64,000 nucleotides of DNA. It comes from Gemmatimonadales bacterium. Its GTDB lineage: Bacteria; Gemmatimonadota; Gemmatimonadetes; Gemmatimonadales; GWC2-71-9. The stretch is from assembly GCA_035491815.1 (NCBI GenBank), contig DATJKA010000035.1, positions 84,718-148,717 of the forward strand. The letters run 5' to 3'. Each line of letters starts with the position of its first letter. Within the stretch, counting starts at the first letter, position 1. Below are positions 56,301-63,841 of the stretch, in pieces. A program made the translations under genes and the position numbers. The notes under the pieces are model-generated. The model was not told the origin of the DNA. It made no database searches and was given only the letters and a program-made list of their open reading frames with translations.

Positions 56301-57802
56301 CGTACCTCCCGCTCGATCTCGCGCTCGTGCCGGTCGAGCGGCGCCAGCTCCAGGACACGTTGTCCGTGCAGGCCCGCGCGGACAGCGTGGATCTGGGCGT
56401 GCTGGCCGCCGTCACGACGACGCTCCGTGATGTGAAGGGAATCTTCAACGCGGATCTGGGCATCGGCGGCACGTGGGAATCGCCGCGCCTGCGCGGCGGT
56501 CTCGAGATCGGCAACGCCGCGGCGACGATTCCCGCCCTGAACGTGCGGTACACCGACATGAACGGCAGCCTGTCGCTGCGCGGCGACACGATCCGCGTGG
56601 ACAGCATAACCGCGAAGAGCGAGCAAGGCCGCGCGGAGGTGACCGGGTACGTGCGGCTCGAGCGGCTGAGCACACCGATCCTGGCGCTGAACATCACGAC
56701 CCAGGAATTCAAAGCGCTCGACCTGCGCGGTTACCTGACGTTCACGGCCAGCGGGCGCGTCGCGCTGACGGGTCCGGTATTCGGCGCGACCCTCACGGGC
56801 CGCGGCACTGTGACGTCGGGCGTGCTGCATTTCGCCGATCTCGTCAACAAGCGCGTCGTAAACCTCGACGAGCCGTGGGTCCAGGACCTCATCGACACGT
56901 CACTCATTCGCACGCAACGGCTGGGCCCGCAGTTCGAGAGCGTCTTCTTCGATAGCGTCCAAGTGAGAAACCTGCAGCTGACGATGGGTGAGGACGTGTG
57001 GCTGCGCTCGAACGAGGCGAATATCCAGCTCGCCGGTCAGGTGACGGTCAACAAGGTGCGCAACAGCTACTTGTTGAGCGGCACGCTGCAAGCGCCGCGG
57101 GGCACGTATCGGTTGATCATCGGCCCGGTGACGCGGGAATTCGTGGTGAGTCGCGGAACCGTGCAGTATTTCGGGACGCCCGACCTCGATGCGGTGCTCG
57201 ACATCGAAGCCAGTCACGTCGTCCATCCGCTGCCGGGGCCTCAGAACGCCGTCGTCGGAGACATCAATATCATCGCGCACATTCGCGGAACGCTGCGTCT
57301 GCCGCGCCTCACGCTCGAAGCGGAGGGCAGGAACACCCTGTCGCAGGCCGAGTTGATATCGTACTTGATCGCCGGCAAGCCGACGTTCGAGCTCAGCGGC
57401 GGCGAGCGCGCGTACGTTCTCGGGGTGGGCGCGTCGCTCGTGGCCGGCGAGCTCGAGCGCACGGTGGTTTCCGACCTCGGTATTCCGCTCGACTACTTCG
57501 AAATTCGGCCCGGCGATCCGACGAATCAGTTTTCAGGCGCGCAGGTCGCCGCGGGTTGGGCGATCGGCGCCAAGACGTTCGTGGTCTTGAACGCCGGGCT
57601 ATGCCGCAACACGCCCGGAGCGCAGAAGACGGCGTTCACCCAGACGCTGGGCGCCACGCTGCAGTTCCGCTTCAGCCCCGAATGGCGGACCGAAGCGAGC
57701 TTTGAGCCGGTGCGCAACTGCGGCCTCAACGATCCGGTGCTGAATCCCACGACGCCGTCGCGCCAGATCGGTTTCGATTTGTTCTGGGAGCGCCGCTACT
57801 AG
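53375..57802 (+). CDS. tamB: Translocation and assembly module protein TamB-like (AsmA/DUF490 family)
   Basis: 1475 aa. N-terminal anchor helix. Long beta-rich repetitive body. DUF490-like C-terminus (..TLGATLQFRFSPEWRTEASFEP..). Its ATG directly follows the tamA TAG. Confidence 0.85.
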   Translation: MIRRSLGVALWSLVGLLACFLGALNALVGTHAGRTLLARVASAAVESAVHGRIEVGEVRGSLLTGVVLTDVRLLDPDSTLVAWLPRAELGYNPIDFAAGRIVFMEVRLERPYINIVQHQNGKTNFDELLRLHEKDTVKVKPLGPAGPRSLILLRNVQLVDGTLTLRLQKHGEAGALEEIENSGEDGRYRIRRFEHLNARLAALRIQAPREQGIRIDILRLATESSDPKLSIADVVGRATIDGTTLDLDLSRVRFPGTQFSAKGNVKWPRDTLLWNLAMRADSATLSDIRFIDPRYPDNAVLHGGVTLTSHGGRVLEVQLRPLDLAFGPGRLTGHITAFTAQDSGLVALRQGDLVARDLSLDMARVFIDSLPFYGRLTGQTIVDGPVSALKIETGWSFRDSLVPGWPESQIQGKGEISLAGRDLAFQPFVLETGRIDLGTVRHLVPAVDLEGELDASGTLTGTIKNAMFSGTLRHHDGTRPVSVVRGVVGLDSRTDTLGVLADVHADSLSLDGLTGRIANFPLRGTLTGPIRMSGTLAALETHADLAMLGGGGGLRGDGTLLLGARGAHPAYGARKFTLRASDLNLHRWLVRDAPPSRLNLAATGDVVGDSITPPSGAFAATLAPSLFAGTVIDSGATKMHFSDGRLWVDSLRLQQPGLLTSGSGSVGWKRPDKGTLVFNFDADSLSVLDSLVTWIAGPQYTGQTDAPEDRLRGAAQVSLRLDGALDSLSIGGDARLTDLHWRGWSMPKGRGTVVYQPGPQPLFDAQIDIDSVGYGRFGFGAASASAHGNRDSLAWFARSRVGDLGAFIAGGHYHRPSPDDTALIQHVKLDSLAVLMPSGVWFLGAPTAIAFNDSALHVDSLSLKNALGGGRIALEGDVPQRGPISARFSLDSFPLTGVYALLQQDTLGVAGTVTATVAAAGTRASPTYTGSFAFSNAAFGSFRAPFMDGNLDYRGKHLNGELHLWRAGQQILNVTAYLPLDLALVPVERRQLQDTLSVQARADSVDLGVLAAVTTTLRDVKGIFNADLGIGGTWESPRLRGGLEIGNAAATIPALNVRYTDMNGSLSLRGDTIRVDSITAKSEQGRAEVTGYVRLERLSTPILALNITTQEFKALDLRGYLTFTASGRVALTGPVFGATLTGRGTVTSGVLHFADLVNKRVVNLDEPWVQDLIDTSLIRTQRLGPQFESVFFDSVQVRNLQLTMGEDVWLRSNEANIQLAGQVTVNKVRNSYLLSGTLQAPRGTYRLIIGPVTREFVVSRGTVQYFGTPDLDAVLDIEASHVVHPLPGPQNAVVGDINIIAHIRGTLRLPRLTLEAEGRNTLSQAELISYLIAGKPTFELSGGERAYVLGVGASLVAGELERTVVSDLGIPLDYFEIRPGDPTNQFSGAQVAAGWAIGAKTFVVLNAGLCRNTPGAQKTAFTQTLGATLQFRFSPEWRTEASFEPVRNCGLNDPVLNPTTPSRQIGFDLFWERRY

Positions 57803-58723
57803 GTGACGCGCGCGCTGCTGATCACGAACCCCTTCGCGGCCCGCGCCGACGCGCGCGCGGTCACCGCCATCGTCAAAATCCTCGGCCGCGGCGGCTGGAA
57901 CGTCGATCTCCGCACGATCAGCGGCCCCGGTGACGCGCGCCGCATCGCCGAAGAGTCCCTGGGCGAAGGCTTCGACGTGTTGGTGGCCCATGGCGGCGAC
58001 GGCACGGCGATGCAGGTCGCCGCGGGCATCGCCGGCTCGGGGATCGCGCTCGGCGTGGTACCCGGCGGGACGGGCAACGTGCTGGCCGGCAATCTGCGGT
58101 TGCCGCGCACGGCATCCGGCGCGGCGCGGACGCTGCTGCGCGCCCGTGCCCACGCGATCGACCTCGGCGTCGTCGACCGCTCGGACGGTGCGCACTACTT
58201 CGCGGTCGCCGCCGGCACCGGGTTCGACGCGCAGCTCATGGCGGCGACGGGCCGCGAGCAGAAGCGGCGCTGGAAACTCGGCGCGTACATCGCACGCGCG
58301 GCGCTGTCGCTCACGACGGTCAAGAGCGTGGGGCATCGCGTCACGGTCGACGGCAGCGCCCAGGACATTCGCGCGGCGATGTTGCTCGTGCTGAACTGCG
58401 GCCAGCTCCCGCCGGGCTTTCTGCGCTTGCGCCGCGATCTCGTCCCCGACGACGGTTGGCTCGACGTCGTGGCCATGGATGCCGACGGCGCGTTTCAGAG
58501 CGCCAGCGCCGTGTTCGAGCTGCTGCTCGGCAACGGCACGGCGAAGGGCCGGCGCATCTGGTGGGCGCGCGGCAAAACGATTCGTGTCGAAGTCCCGGAG
58601 GGCGCAGCGCGTCCCGTGCAGCTCGACGGCGAAGTGACCGGCGCGACGCCGTTCGAGGCGCGGCTGCTGCCGGGCGCGCTCTCGGTGCTCGTAGGCCCCG
58701 GCTTCAAGGCCCATCATGGCTGA
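57803..58723 (+). CDS. Diacylglycerol-kinase-family lipid kinase (YegS/BmrU-like)
   Basis: LLITNPFAA, VLVAHGGDGTAMQVA and LGVVPGGTGNVLA. Confidence 0.88.
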   Translation: MTRALLITNPFAARADARAVTAIVKILGRGGWNVDLRTISGPGDARRIAEESLGEGFDVLVAHGGDGTAMQVAAGIAGSGIALGVVPGGTGNVLAGNLRLPRTASGAARTLLRARAHAIDLGVVDRSDGAHYFAVAAGTGFDAQLMAATGREQKRRWKLGAYIARAALSLTTVKSVGHRVTVDGSAQDIRAAMLLVLNCGQLPPGFLRLRRDLVPDDGWLDVVAMDADGAFQSASAVFELLLGNGTAKGRRIWWARGKTIRVEVPEGAARPVQLDGEVTGATPFEARLLPGALSVLVGPGFKAHHG

Positions 58724-60059
58724 CACACTGCTGCTGATCGACGACGACGCCGCGGTGCTCCGCGCGATCGGCGACTACTTCGAGCGCATCGGCTACGAGG
58801 TGTGGCGCGAGGATACCGGTGACCACGGTATCGAGACGTTTCAGCGCGTGCGTCCCGACGTCGTGCTGCTCGATCTCCATCTGCCCGACGCGAGCGGGCT
58901 CGTCGTTCTCGAGCGACTGCGGCGCGAAGGTGGGTGCGTCATCCTGCTGACGGGGCAGGGCGACATCGAAACTGCGGTGAAGGCGATGCAGCTTGGCGCC
59001 GAAAACTTTCTGACCAAGCCGGTGGACATGGTCCATCTCGCGGCCGCGGTCGCTCGCGTGGCAGAAAAAGTGCGGCTGTCGCGGCAGAATGCGCGGTTGC
59101 GCACGCTCGATCATGAGACCGAAGGTCTGGCGTCGCTGGGCGTCTCGCCGGCGATGAAGGCGCTGGCACGGCAGATCGAGCTGCTTGCCGCGAGCGATCG
59201 TGCGACCGTGCTGCTCCAAGGGGAGAGCGGGACCGGCAAGGGGTGGGTCGCGCGCGTGATCCACAATCTGTCGCTGCGCGCGGACGGCCCGTTCGTCGAG
59301 GTGAACTGCGCCGGCTTGTCGCCGACGTTCCTCGATTCCGAGCTCTTCGGGCACGAGAAGGGCGCGTTCACCGACGCGAAAGAGCGGAAGATGGGTCTGT
59401 TCGAGCTGGCCGATCACGGGACGCTGTTCCTCGACGAGATCGGCGAGCTGGCGCTCGAGCTGCAACCCAAGCTGCTCCACGTCCTCGAGACCAAGAAATT
59501 CCGGCGGCTGGGCGGCACCCGGGAGCTGACGGTAGACGTCCGCCTGATCACCGCGACCAATCGTGACCTGGTGCGCGAGGTCGAGACCGCGCAATTCCGC
59601 GAGGACTTGTATTACCGGCTGAACGTCATGCCGCTGACGATCCCGCCCGTGCGCGACCGCACGCGCGAGGACCGGCTGGACCTCATCACGCGGATCATCG
59701 CGGATCTCAAGACGGAGCTCCCGGGTTGTCCATCGGAATGCTCGACCGACGTGCTCGACCGGCTACTCTCGGCACCGTGGCCCGGCAACGTGCGCGAGAT
59801 GCGGAACGTGCTCGAGCGATCGATGATTCTGGGGCGCGGCCAGCCCGCGATCGGATTCGAGCAGCTGCCGGCCGATCTGCGGCAGCGCGCGAGCACCGAC
59901 CGCCGCTATCAGGCGCAATCGTTGTCGGAGGTCGAGCGCCAGCACATCGAGCGGACGTTGCGACATCACGGCGGGAATCGCACGCGCGCGGCCGCGGAGC
60001 TCGGCATTTCGCGCGCGACGCTGATCAACAAGATCAAAGCCTACAGCTTGAACCTCTAG
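58716..60059 (+). CDS. Sigma-54-dependent response regulator (NtrC family)
   Basis: REC domain (LLIDDD, VVLLDLHLPD, KP). AAA+ domain (LLQGESGTGKG, GAFTDA at 59361-59378, LFLDEIGEL). C-terminal Fis-type HTH (GGNRTRAAAELGISRATL). Confidence 0.92.
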   Translation: MADTLLLIDDDAAVLRAIGDYFERIGYEVWREDTGDHGIETFQRVRPDVVLLDLHLPDASGLVVLERLRREGGCVILLTGQGDIETAVKAMQLGAENFLTKPVDMVHLAAAVARVAEKVRLSRQNARLRTLDHETEGLASLGVSPAMKALARQIELLAASDRATVLLQGESGTGKGWVARVIHNLSLRADGPFVEVNCAGLSPTFLDSELFGHEKGAFTDAKERKMGLFELADHGTLFLDEIGELALELQPKLLHVLETKKFRRLGGTRELTVDVRLITATNRDLVREVETAQFREDLYYRLNVMPLTIPPVRDRTREDRLDLITRIIADLKTELPGCPSECSTDVLDRLLSAPWPGNVREMRNVLERSMILGRGQPAIGFEQLPADLRQRASTDRRYQAQSLSEVERQHIERTLRHHGGNRTRAAAELGISRATLINKIKAYSLNL

Positions 60060-60232
60060 CGGCGCGGGCGCCGCCGCCGTTCCTGCTTGGGTGGCTCGGC
60101 GGAAGGTTTTTGGGGAGGCGCGCTCGTGCAATCCACGTGGTGCCACGCCTTGGTCGTCGGATGCATCGCGGCGTTCGGCGTCGTCGGATCCACAGGTCGC
60201 TGGCAATTCGGGCAGACGAAGGACACACCCAT
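60056..60232 (-). CDS. Cys/His mini-protein (58 aa) with an Arg-rich tail, putative zinc ribbon
   Basis: GGAGG lies 7 nt upstream of ATG 60232. MGVSFVCPNCQRPVDPTTPNAAMHPTTKAWHHVDCTSAPPQKPSAEPPKQERRRRPRR. GC-rich third positions. Its stop shares CTAG with the ntrC-like stop. Confidence 0.5.
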   Translation of the reverse strand: MGVSFVCPNCQRPVDPTTPNAAMHPTTKAWHHVDCTSAPPQKPSAEPPKQERRRRPRR

Positions 60233-60339
60233 CTGCACACCTCCCTCACCTGCTTGTAACCACTTTCAGCCGTAAGGTTTCCCGCTGCGAGACGCCCGCA
60301 CAATTGGCTTTGCGGTAACGGTGCAACAGATTAGGTGCC

Positions 60340-60522
60340 ATGGAAAAGCCCAAGCTGAAAGAGCACGACGGGATGGTGTGCCGCGCCTGCGGGAACGAGG
60401 AGCGGGCGTCGGAGGGCTATCCGTGCTCGGACTGCGGAACGTTCATTTGTTTGATCTGCACGTTCCGCGGCGTCACCCGCTGCAAAGCGTGCGAGGAAAA
60501 AGCGAAAGCCGCGAAGGCTTAG
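60340..60522 (+). CDS. Cys-rich mini-protein (60 aa) with four CxxC motifs
   Basis: MEKPKLKEHDGMVCRACGNEERASEGYPCSDCGTFICLICTFRGVTRCKACEEKAKAAKA. GC-rich third positions. Its stop overlaps the stop of the convergent REC gene (TTAG). Confidence 0.55.
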   Translation: MEKPKLKEHDGMVCRACGNEERASEGYPCSDCGTFICLICTFRGVTRCKACEEKAKAAKA

Positions 60523-61151
60523 GCGCCCTCGCGCCGGCGCCGCAGCTCGAGCAGCAGCTCCTCCCGCGGCGCCCCCAACTCCTCCGCCAACTTGTTCAAC
60601 GCCGCGTCGGCGCCGGGCCAGTCCTCGGCCGCGGCCAGCGCGTCGAGCGCGACGTTTTCGATCGCCAGCGTGCGCTCTTCGAGATCGCGCGTGCGCACCG
60701 CCACCTCGCGCGCCAGCCACTGCTCGAGCTCACGGCGGTCCACCTCGAGCTGGCGCTGCCGGAGCGCGTGCTGCAACGACAACTCGAGCTCCTCCAGGTC
60801 GACCGGCTTGATCAGATAATCGTAGGCGCCGAGCTTCAGGCATTCGATCGCGGTGCGCGGCTCGTCGATCGCCGTCAGCATGATGATGGCGAGATCGGGA
60901 TCCTGGGCCAGCACCTTCGGCAAGAGTTCGACACCGCTGGTATCGGGCATGCGGATGTCGCACAGCATCGCTTGCGGGTGATGCGCCGCGAGCTGCTGCA
61001 GCGCTTCGGTCGCGTTCGCCGCCGCCTGCACGCGATAGCCCAGGCGGGTGAGAAAACGCGTCAGCGCCTGCCGGATCCCGTCTTCGTCATCGACCACGAG
61101 CACGGTCGTGTGATCATGCGGGGGGACTTTCGGAGCAGTCATGGCCGTCAA
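60519..61151 (-). CDS. Response regulator: receiver domain plus a C-terminal coiled-coil, no recognisable DNA-binding domain
   Basis: VLVVDDEDGIR, MLCDIRMPDTSG and YDYLIKP, then ELELSLQHALRQRQLEVDRRELEQWL. TTG 61151 or ATG 61142 start. Confidence 0.88.
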   Translation of the reverse strand: MTAMTAPKVPPHDHTTVLVVDDEDGIRQALTRFLTRLGYRVQAAANATEALQQLAAHHPQAMLCDIRMPDTSGVELLPKVLAQDPDLAIIMLTAIDEPRTAIECLKLGAYDYLIKPVDLEELELSLQHALRQRQLEVDRRELEQWLAREVAVRTRDLEERTLAIENVALDALAAAEDWPGADAALNKLAEELGAPREELLLELRRRREGA

Positions 61152-61178
61152 CGTTGCCGACGTTATCTTGGCGCGTCA

Positions 61179-62096
61179 ATGAGCACGCCACGCACGAATC
61201 TCGCGGCAGTGCCCGGCATAACCGTGGGGCACGCGACGATCGAGACGCACGGCACCGGCTGCACGGTCGTTCTCGCGCCCGAGGGCGGGATGCGCGCGGC
61301 GGCGCACGCGCGCGGGCGGGCGACCGGCACGCGCGAGCTCGACGTGATGAATCCCCGTCACCTCGTGGAACGCATCGACGCGATTCTGTTGACCGGCGGG
61401 TCGGCGCTGGGACTGGGCGCGGCTGACGGCGTGATGCGTTGGTTGCGCGAGCGCGGCCGCGGCCTTCCAGTGGGCCCCGCCGGCACGATTCCGATCGTGC
61501 CGTCCGCCGTGATCTTCGACCTCGGCAACGCGGGCAAGCCGGTCGGCTGGCCGGAGGCCGACGACGCGTATCGCGCGTGCGAGCACGCCGGCAGCGATTA
61601 CGACGATGGGCGAGTGGGCGTGGGGCGTGGCGCGACCTGCGGGAAGGCGGCGGGCCTCGCGAACATGATTCCGGCCGGCATCGGCTCGTGGGCCGCGCAA
61701 TTCGGTGACGTGATCGTCGCGGCACTCGTGGTGGTGAACGCCATCGGCGACGTGCGGAACGCGCGCGGCGACATCATCGCGGGGAAGGTCGACAGTCTCC
61801 AGTACCTCGCAGCGGGCGGCGCGCCGCTCGGCGATCCGGAGCGGCTGAATCGCAACACGACCCTGGCGGTCGTCGCGACAAACGCCGATCTCACGCGTGT
61901 CGAGCTGGAGGCGCTGGCCCAGTCGAGCAGCGACGCCATCGCGCGCCGCATCACGCCGTACGGCACGCTGTTCGACGGCGACGTCGTGTTCGCCCTCAGC
62001 ACTGCGAGCGCCAAACCCAAGTCGCCACTGCAAGTCGAAGCGATCGCGGCGCTGGTCGTTCCCGAAGCGGTCGAGCGGGCAGTCCGCCATGGATAA
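61179..62096 (+). CDS. DmpA/P1-family (S58) aminopeptidase
   Basis: GITVGHAT....TGCTVVL, ..ILLTGGSA.GL and ..NTTLAVVATNA. The start is set at ATG 61179. The upstream part of the 591-aa track ORF is antisense to the REC gene. Confidence 0.88.
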   Translation: MSTPRTNLAAVPGITVGHATIETHGTGCTVVLAPEGGMRAAAHARGRATGTRELDVMNPRHLVERIDAILLTGGSALGLGAADGVMRWLRERGRGLPVGPAGTIPIVPSAVIFDLGNAGKPVGWPEADDAYRACEHAGSDYDDGRVGVGRGATCGKAAGLANMIPAGIGSWAAQFGDVIVAALVVVNAIGDVRNARGDIIAGKVDSLQYLAAGGAPLGDPERLNRNTTLAVVATNADLTRVELEALAQSSSDAIARRITPYGTLFDGDVVFALSTASAKPKSPLQVEAIAALVVPEAVERAVRHG

Positions 62097-63072
62097 GGTC
62101 GAGCGCGCGGTCGACGACATCCGGCGCAAGTGGGTGCCGGATACGCGGCTCGGCGTGTTCGAGGTATCCCTGTTGCCCAAGGGCCTGGCGGGCATCACGT
62201 CGAGCGTCGACGCGCGCGACGCGTTGCGCCGGCTCGCGAACGATGAGGGACTGGTGGAAAAGGTGGAGCTCCTTCCAAGCGCCGAGCTCGCGCCCGCGGC
62301 GATCGTGACCGCCGCGCTCGCGCCGTTGATGGGAGAGCCGCGCGTCTCGGCGCCGCGCGTGAGTGAGGTGCTGCACGGCGAGACCCTCGACGTGCTCGAG
62401 CGGCGTGAGGAATGGCTCCGCGTTCGCGCGACCGATGGGTACATCGCTTGGGTCAACGGCGGCTATGTTGCGACCGGCCCGACCGAGTGGGCCGACGATT
62501 GGCGGGGGCGGGCCACCGCCCGCGCATTCAGCGCCGACATCGTGACGCCGCAGGGGCGCCGCCGCCTGCCGACGGGCGCGTGCGTAGGGTTGCGCCGCGG
62601 CGTCGTGGAGCTCGCCGACGGCCAGCGCGGCGCCGTCGCCGCCGGGAGCGTGCGGCGTGAATCGGAGCTGCGTGTGGAGGCGCGCCATCTCGCGCTGCCG
62701 GAGCTGGCGCAAAAGTGGTACAGCGGCGCACCGTATCTCTGGGGTGGCCGCACGGAGTGGGGAATCGACTGCTCCGGTCTCGTGCAGGCCGTATATGGCG
62801 CCCGCGGCATCAAGCTCCCGCGCGACAGCGACCAACAGTACGCCGAAGGTAGGGAAATCGCGCTCGCAGCGGACGGTGCGGGCTACGAGTCGGGCGATCT
62901 GTTGTTCTTTGCGGAACGAAGTCGAGTCTCGCACGTGGCGTTGTGGGCGGGCGCGGGACGGATCGTGCATTCGGCGCTCTCGCGCGGCGGCGTGGGGTCT
63001 GACAATCTGTTGGGACCGGAGCCCAGGATGGCGCGGTTACGGGAGAGCCTAGTCGGTGTGAGACGGCCATGA
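62089..63072 (+). CDS. NlpC/P60-family peptidoglycan endopeptidase with N-terminal SH3-like domains (YkfC-like)
   Basis: YLWGGRTEWGIDCSGLVQAVY (catalytic Cys) and ..GDLLFF....VSHVALW (His). The start ATG 62089 overlaps the DmpA stop (ATGGATAA). Confidence 0.88.
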   Translation: MDKVERAVDDIRRKWVPDTRLGVFEVSLLPKGLAGITSSVDARDALRRLANDEGLVEKVELLPSAELAPAAIVTAALAPLMGEPRVSAPRVSEVLHGETLDVLERREEWLRVRATDGYIAWVNGGYVATGPTEWADDWRGRATARAFSADIVTPQGRRRLPTGACVGLRRGVVELADGQRGAVAAGSVRRESELRVEARHLALPELAQKWYSGAPYLWGGRTEWGIDCSGLVQAVYGARGIKLPRDSDQQYAEGREIALAADGAGYESGDLLFFAERSRVSHVALWAGAGRIVHSALSRGGVGSDNLLGPEPRMARLRESLVGVRRP

Positions 63073-63127
63073 CAGGTGTCAGGTGCCAGGTGCTGGCCGG
63101 ACACCTGACACCCGACACCTGACCCCC
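63073..63127. repeat. Intergenic heptad-repeat palindrome
   Basis: CAGGTGN x3 (63073-63093) faces CACCTGA/CACCCGA/CACCTGA/CCCCCGA (63102-63129). Best stem is GGTGTCAGGTG (63075-63085) with CACCTGACACC (63102-63112). Confidence 0.6.
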
Positions 63128-63139
63128 GATATTCCCCGC

Positions 63140-63841
63140 ATGCGCCTCATCCTCTTCGACATCGACGGCACGCTGCTCTGGACCAACGGCGCGGGGCGCC
63201 GGGCCATCCACCGGGCGCTGCTCGACGAAATGGGCACGGCAGGGCCGATCGAAGGCTATCGCTTCGACGGCAAGACCGATCCCCAGATCGTCCGCGAGCT
63301 GCTGGCGCTGGCCGGCCATCCGGAGTGCGAGTCGGAAGACCGCATCACTGCTGTGTGCGAGCGCTATGTCGCGCTGTTGACGGCGGAGCTCGCCAAGCCG
63401 ACGCAGGCAACTCGGCTGTATCCGGGGATCAGCGATCTGCTGGCGGCGCTCGAGCCGCATGAAGTGGAGGGGCGCGCGCTCGTCGGACTGTTGACGGGCA
63501 ACGTGCAGCGCGGCGCGGCCCTGAAGATTCGCTCAGCCGGTCTCGATCCGAGCCGGTTCGTGGTCGGGGCGTTCGGCTCGGACTCTCATCGCCGCGCCGA
63601 TCTCCCGGCGATCGCCGCGCAGCGCGCCGCCGAGCGGACGGGCCGGCGCTTCACCGGCGCGGACATCGTGGTCATCGGCGACACGCCGGACGACGTTGCG
63701 TGCGCGCGGCCGATCGGCGCGCGCACGGTCGCCGTGGCGACCGGATTCTTCGACGTGGCCGCATTGCGGGCCGCCGGCGCGACGCACGTGTTCGCAAACC
63801 TCGGCGATACACAAGCGGTGCTCGAGGCCCTGTTTGCCTGA
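63140..63841 (+). CDS. HAD-superfamily hydrolase (phosphatase-type DxDGT motif)
   Basis: MRLILFDIDGTLL (motif I), LLTGN (motif II) and VVIGDTPDDVACA (motif IV). Confidence 0.85.
   Translation: MRLILFDIDGTLLWTNGAGRRAIHRALLDEMGTAGPIEGYRFDGKTDPQIVRELLALAGHPECESEDRITAVCERYVALLTAELAKPTQATRLYPGISDLLAALEPHEVEGRALVGLLTGNVQRGAALKIRSAGLDPSRFVVGAFGSDSHRRADLPAIAAQRAAERTGRRFTGADIVVIGDTPDDVACARPIGARTVAVATGFFDVAALRAAGATHVFANLGDTQAVLEALFA

Noticed and set aside
60321-61178. N-terminal 286 codons of the 591-aa plus ORF 60321-62096.
   Set aside because: It is antisense to the receiver-domain gene and out of frame with mini-ORF 2. The DmpA homology starts at ATG 61179.
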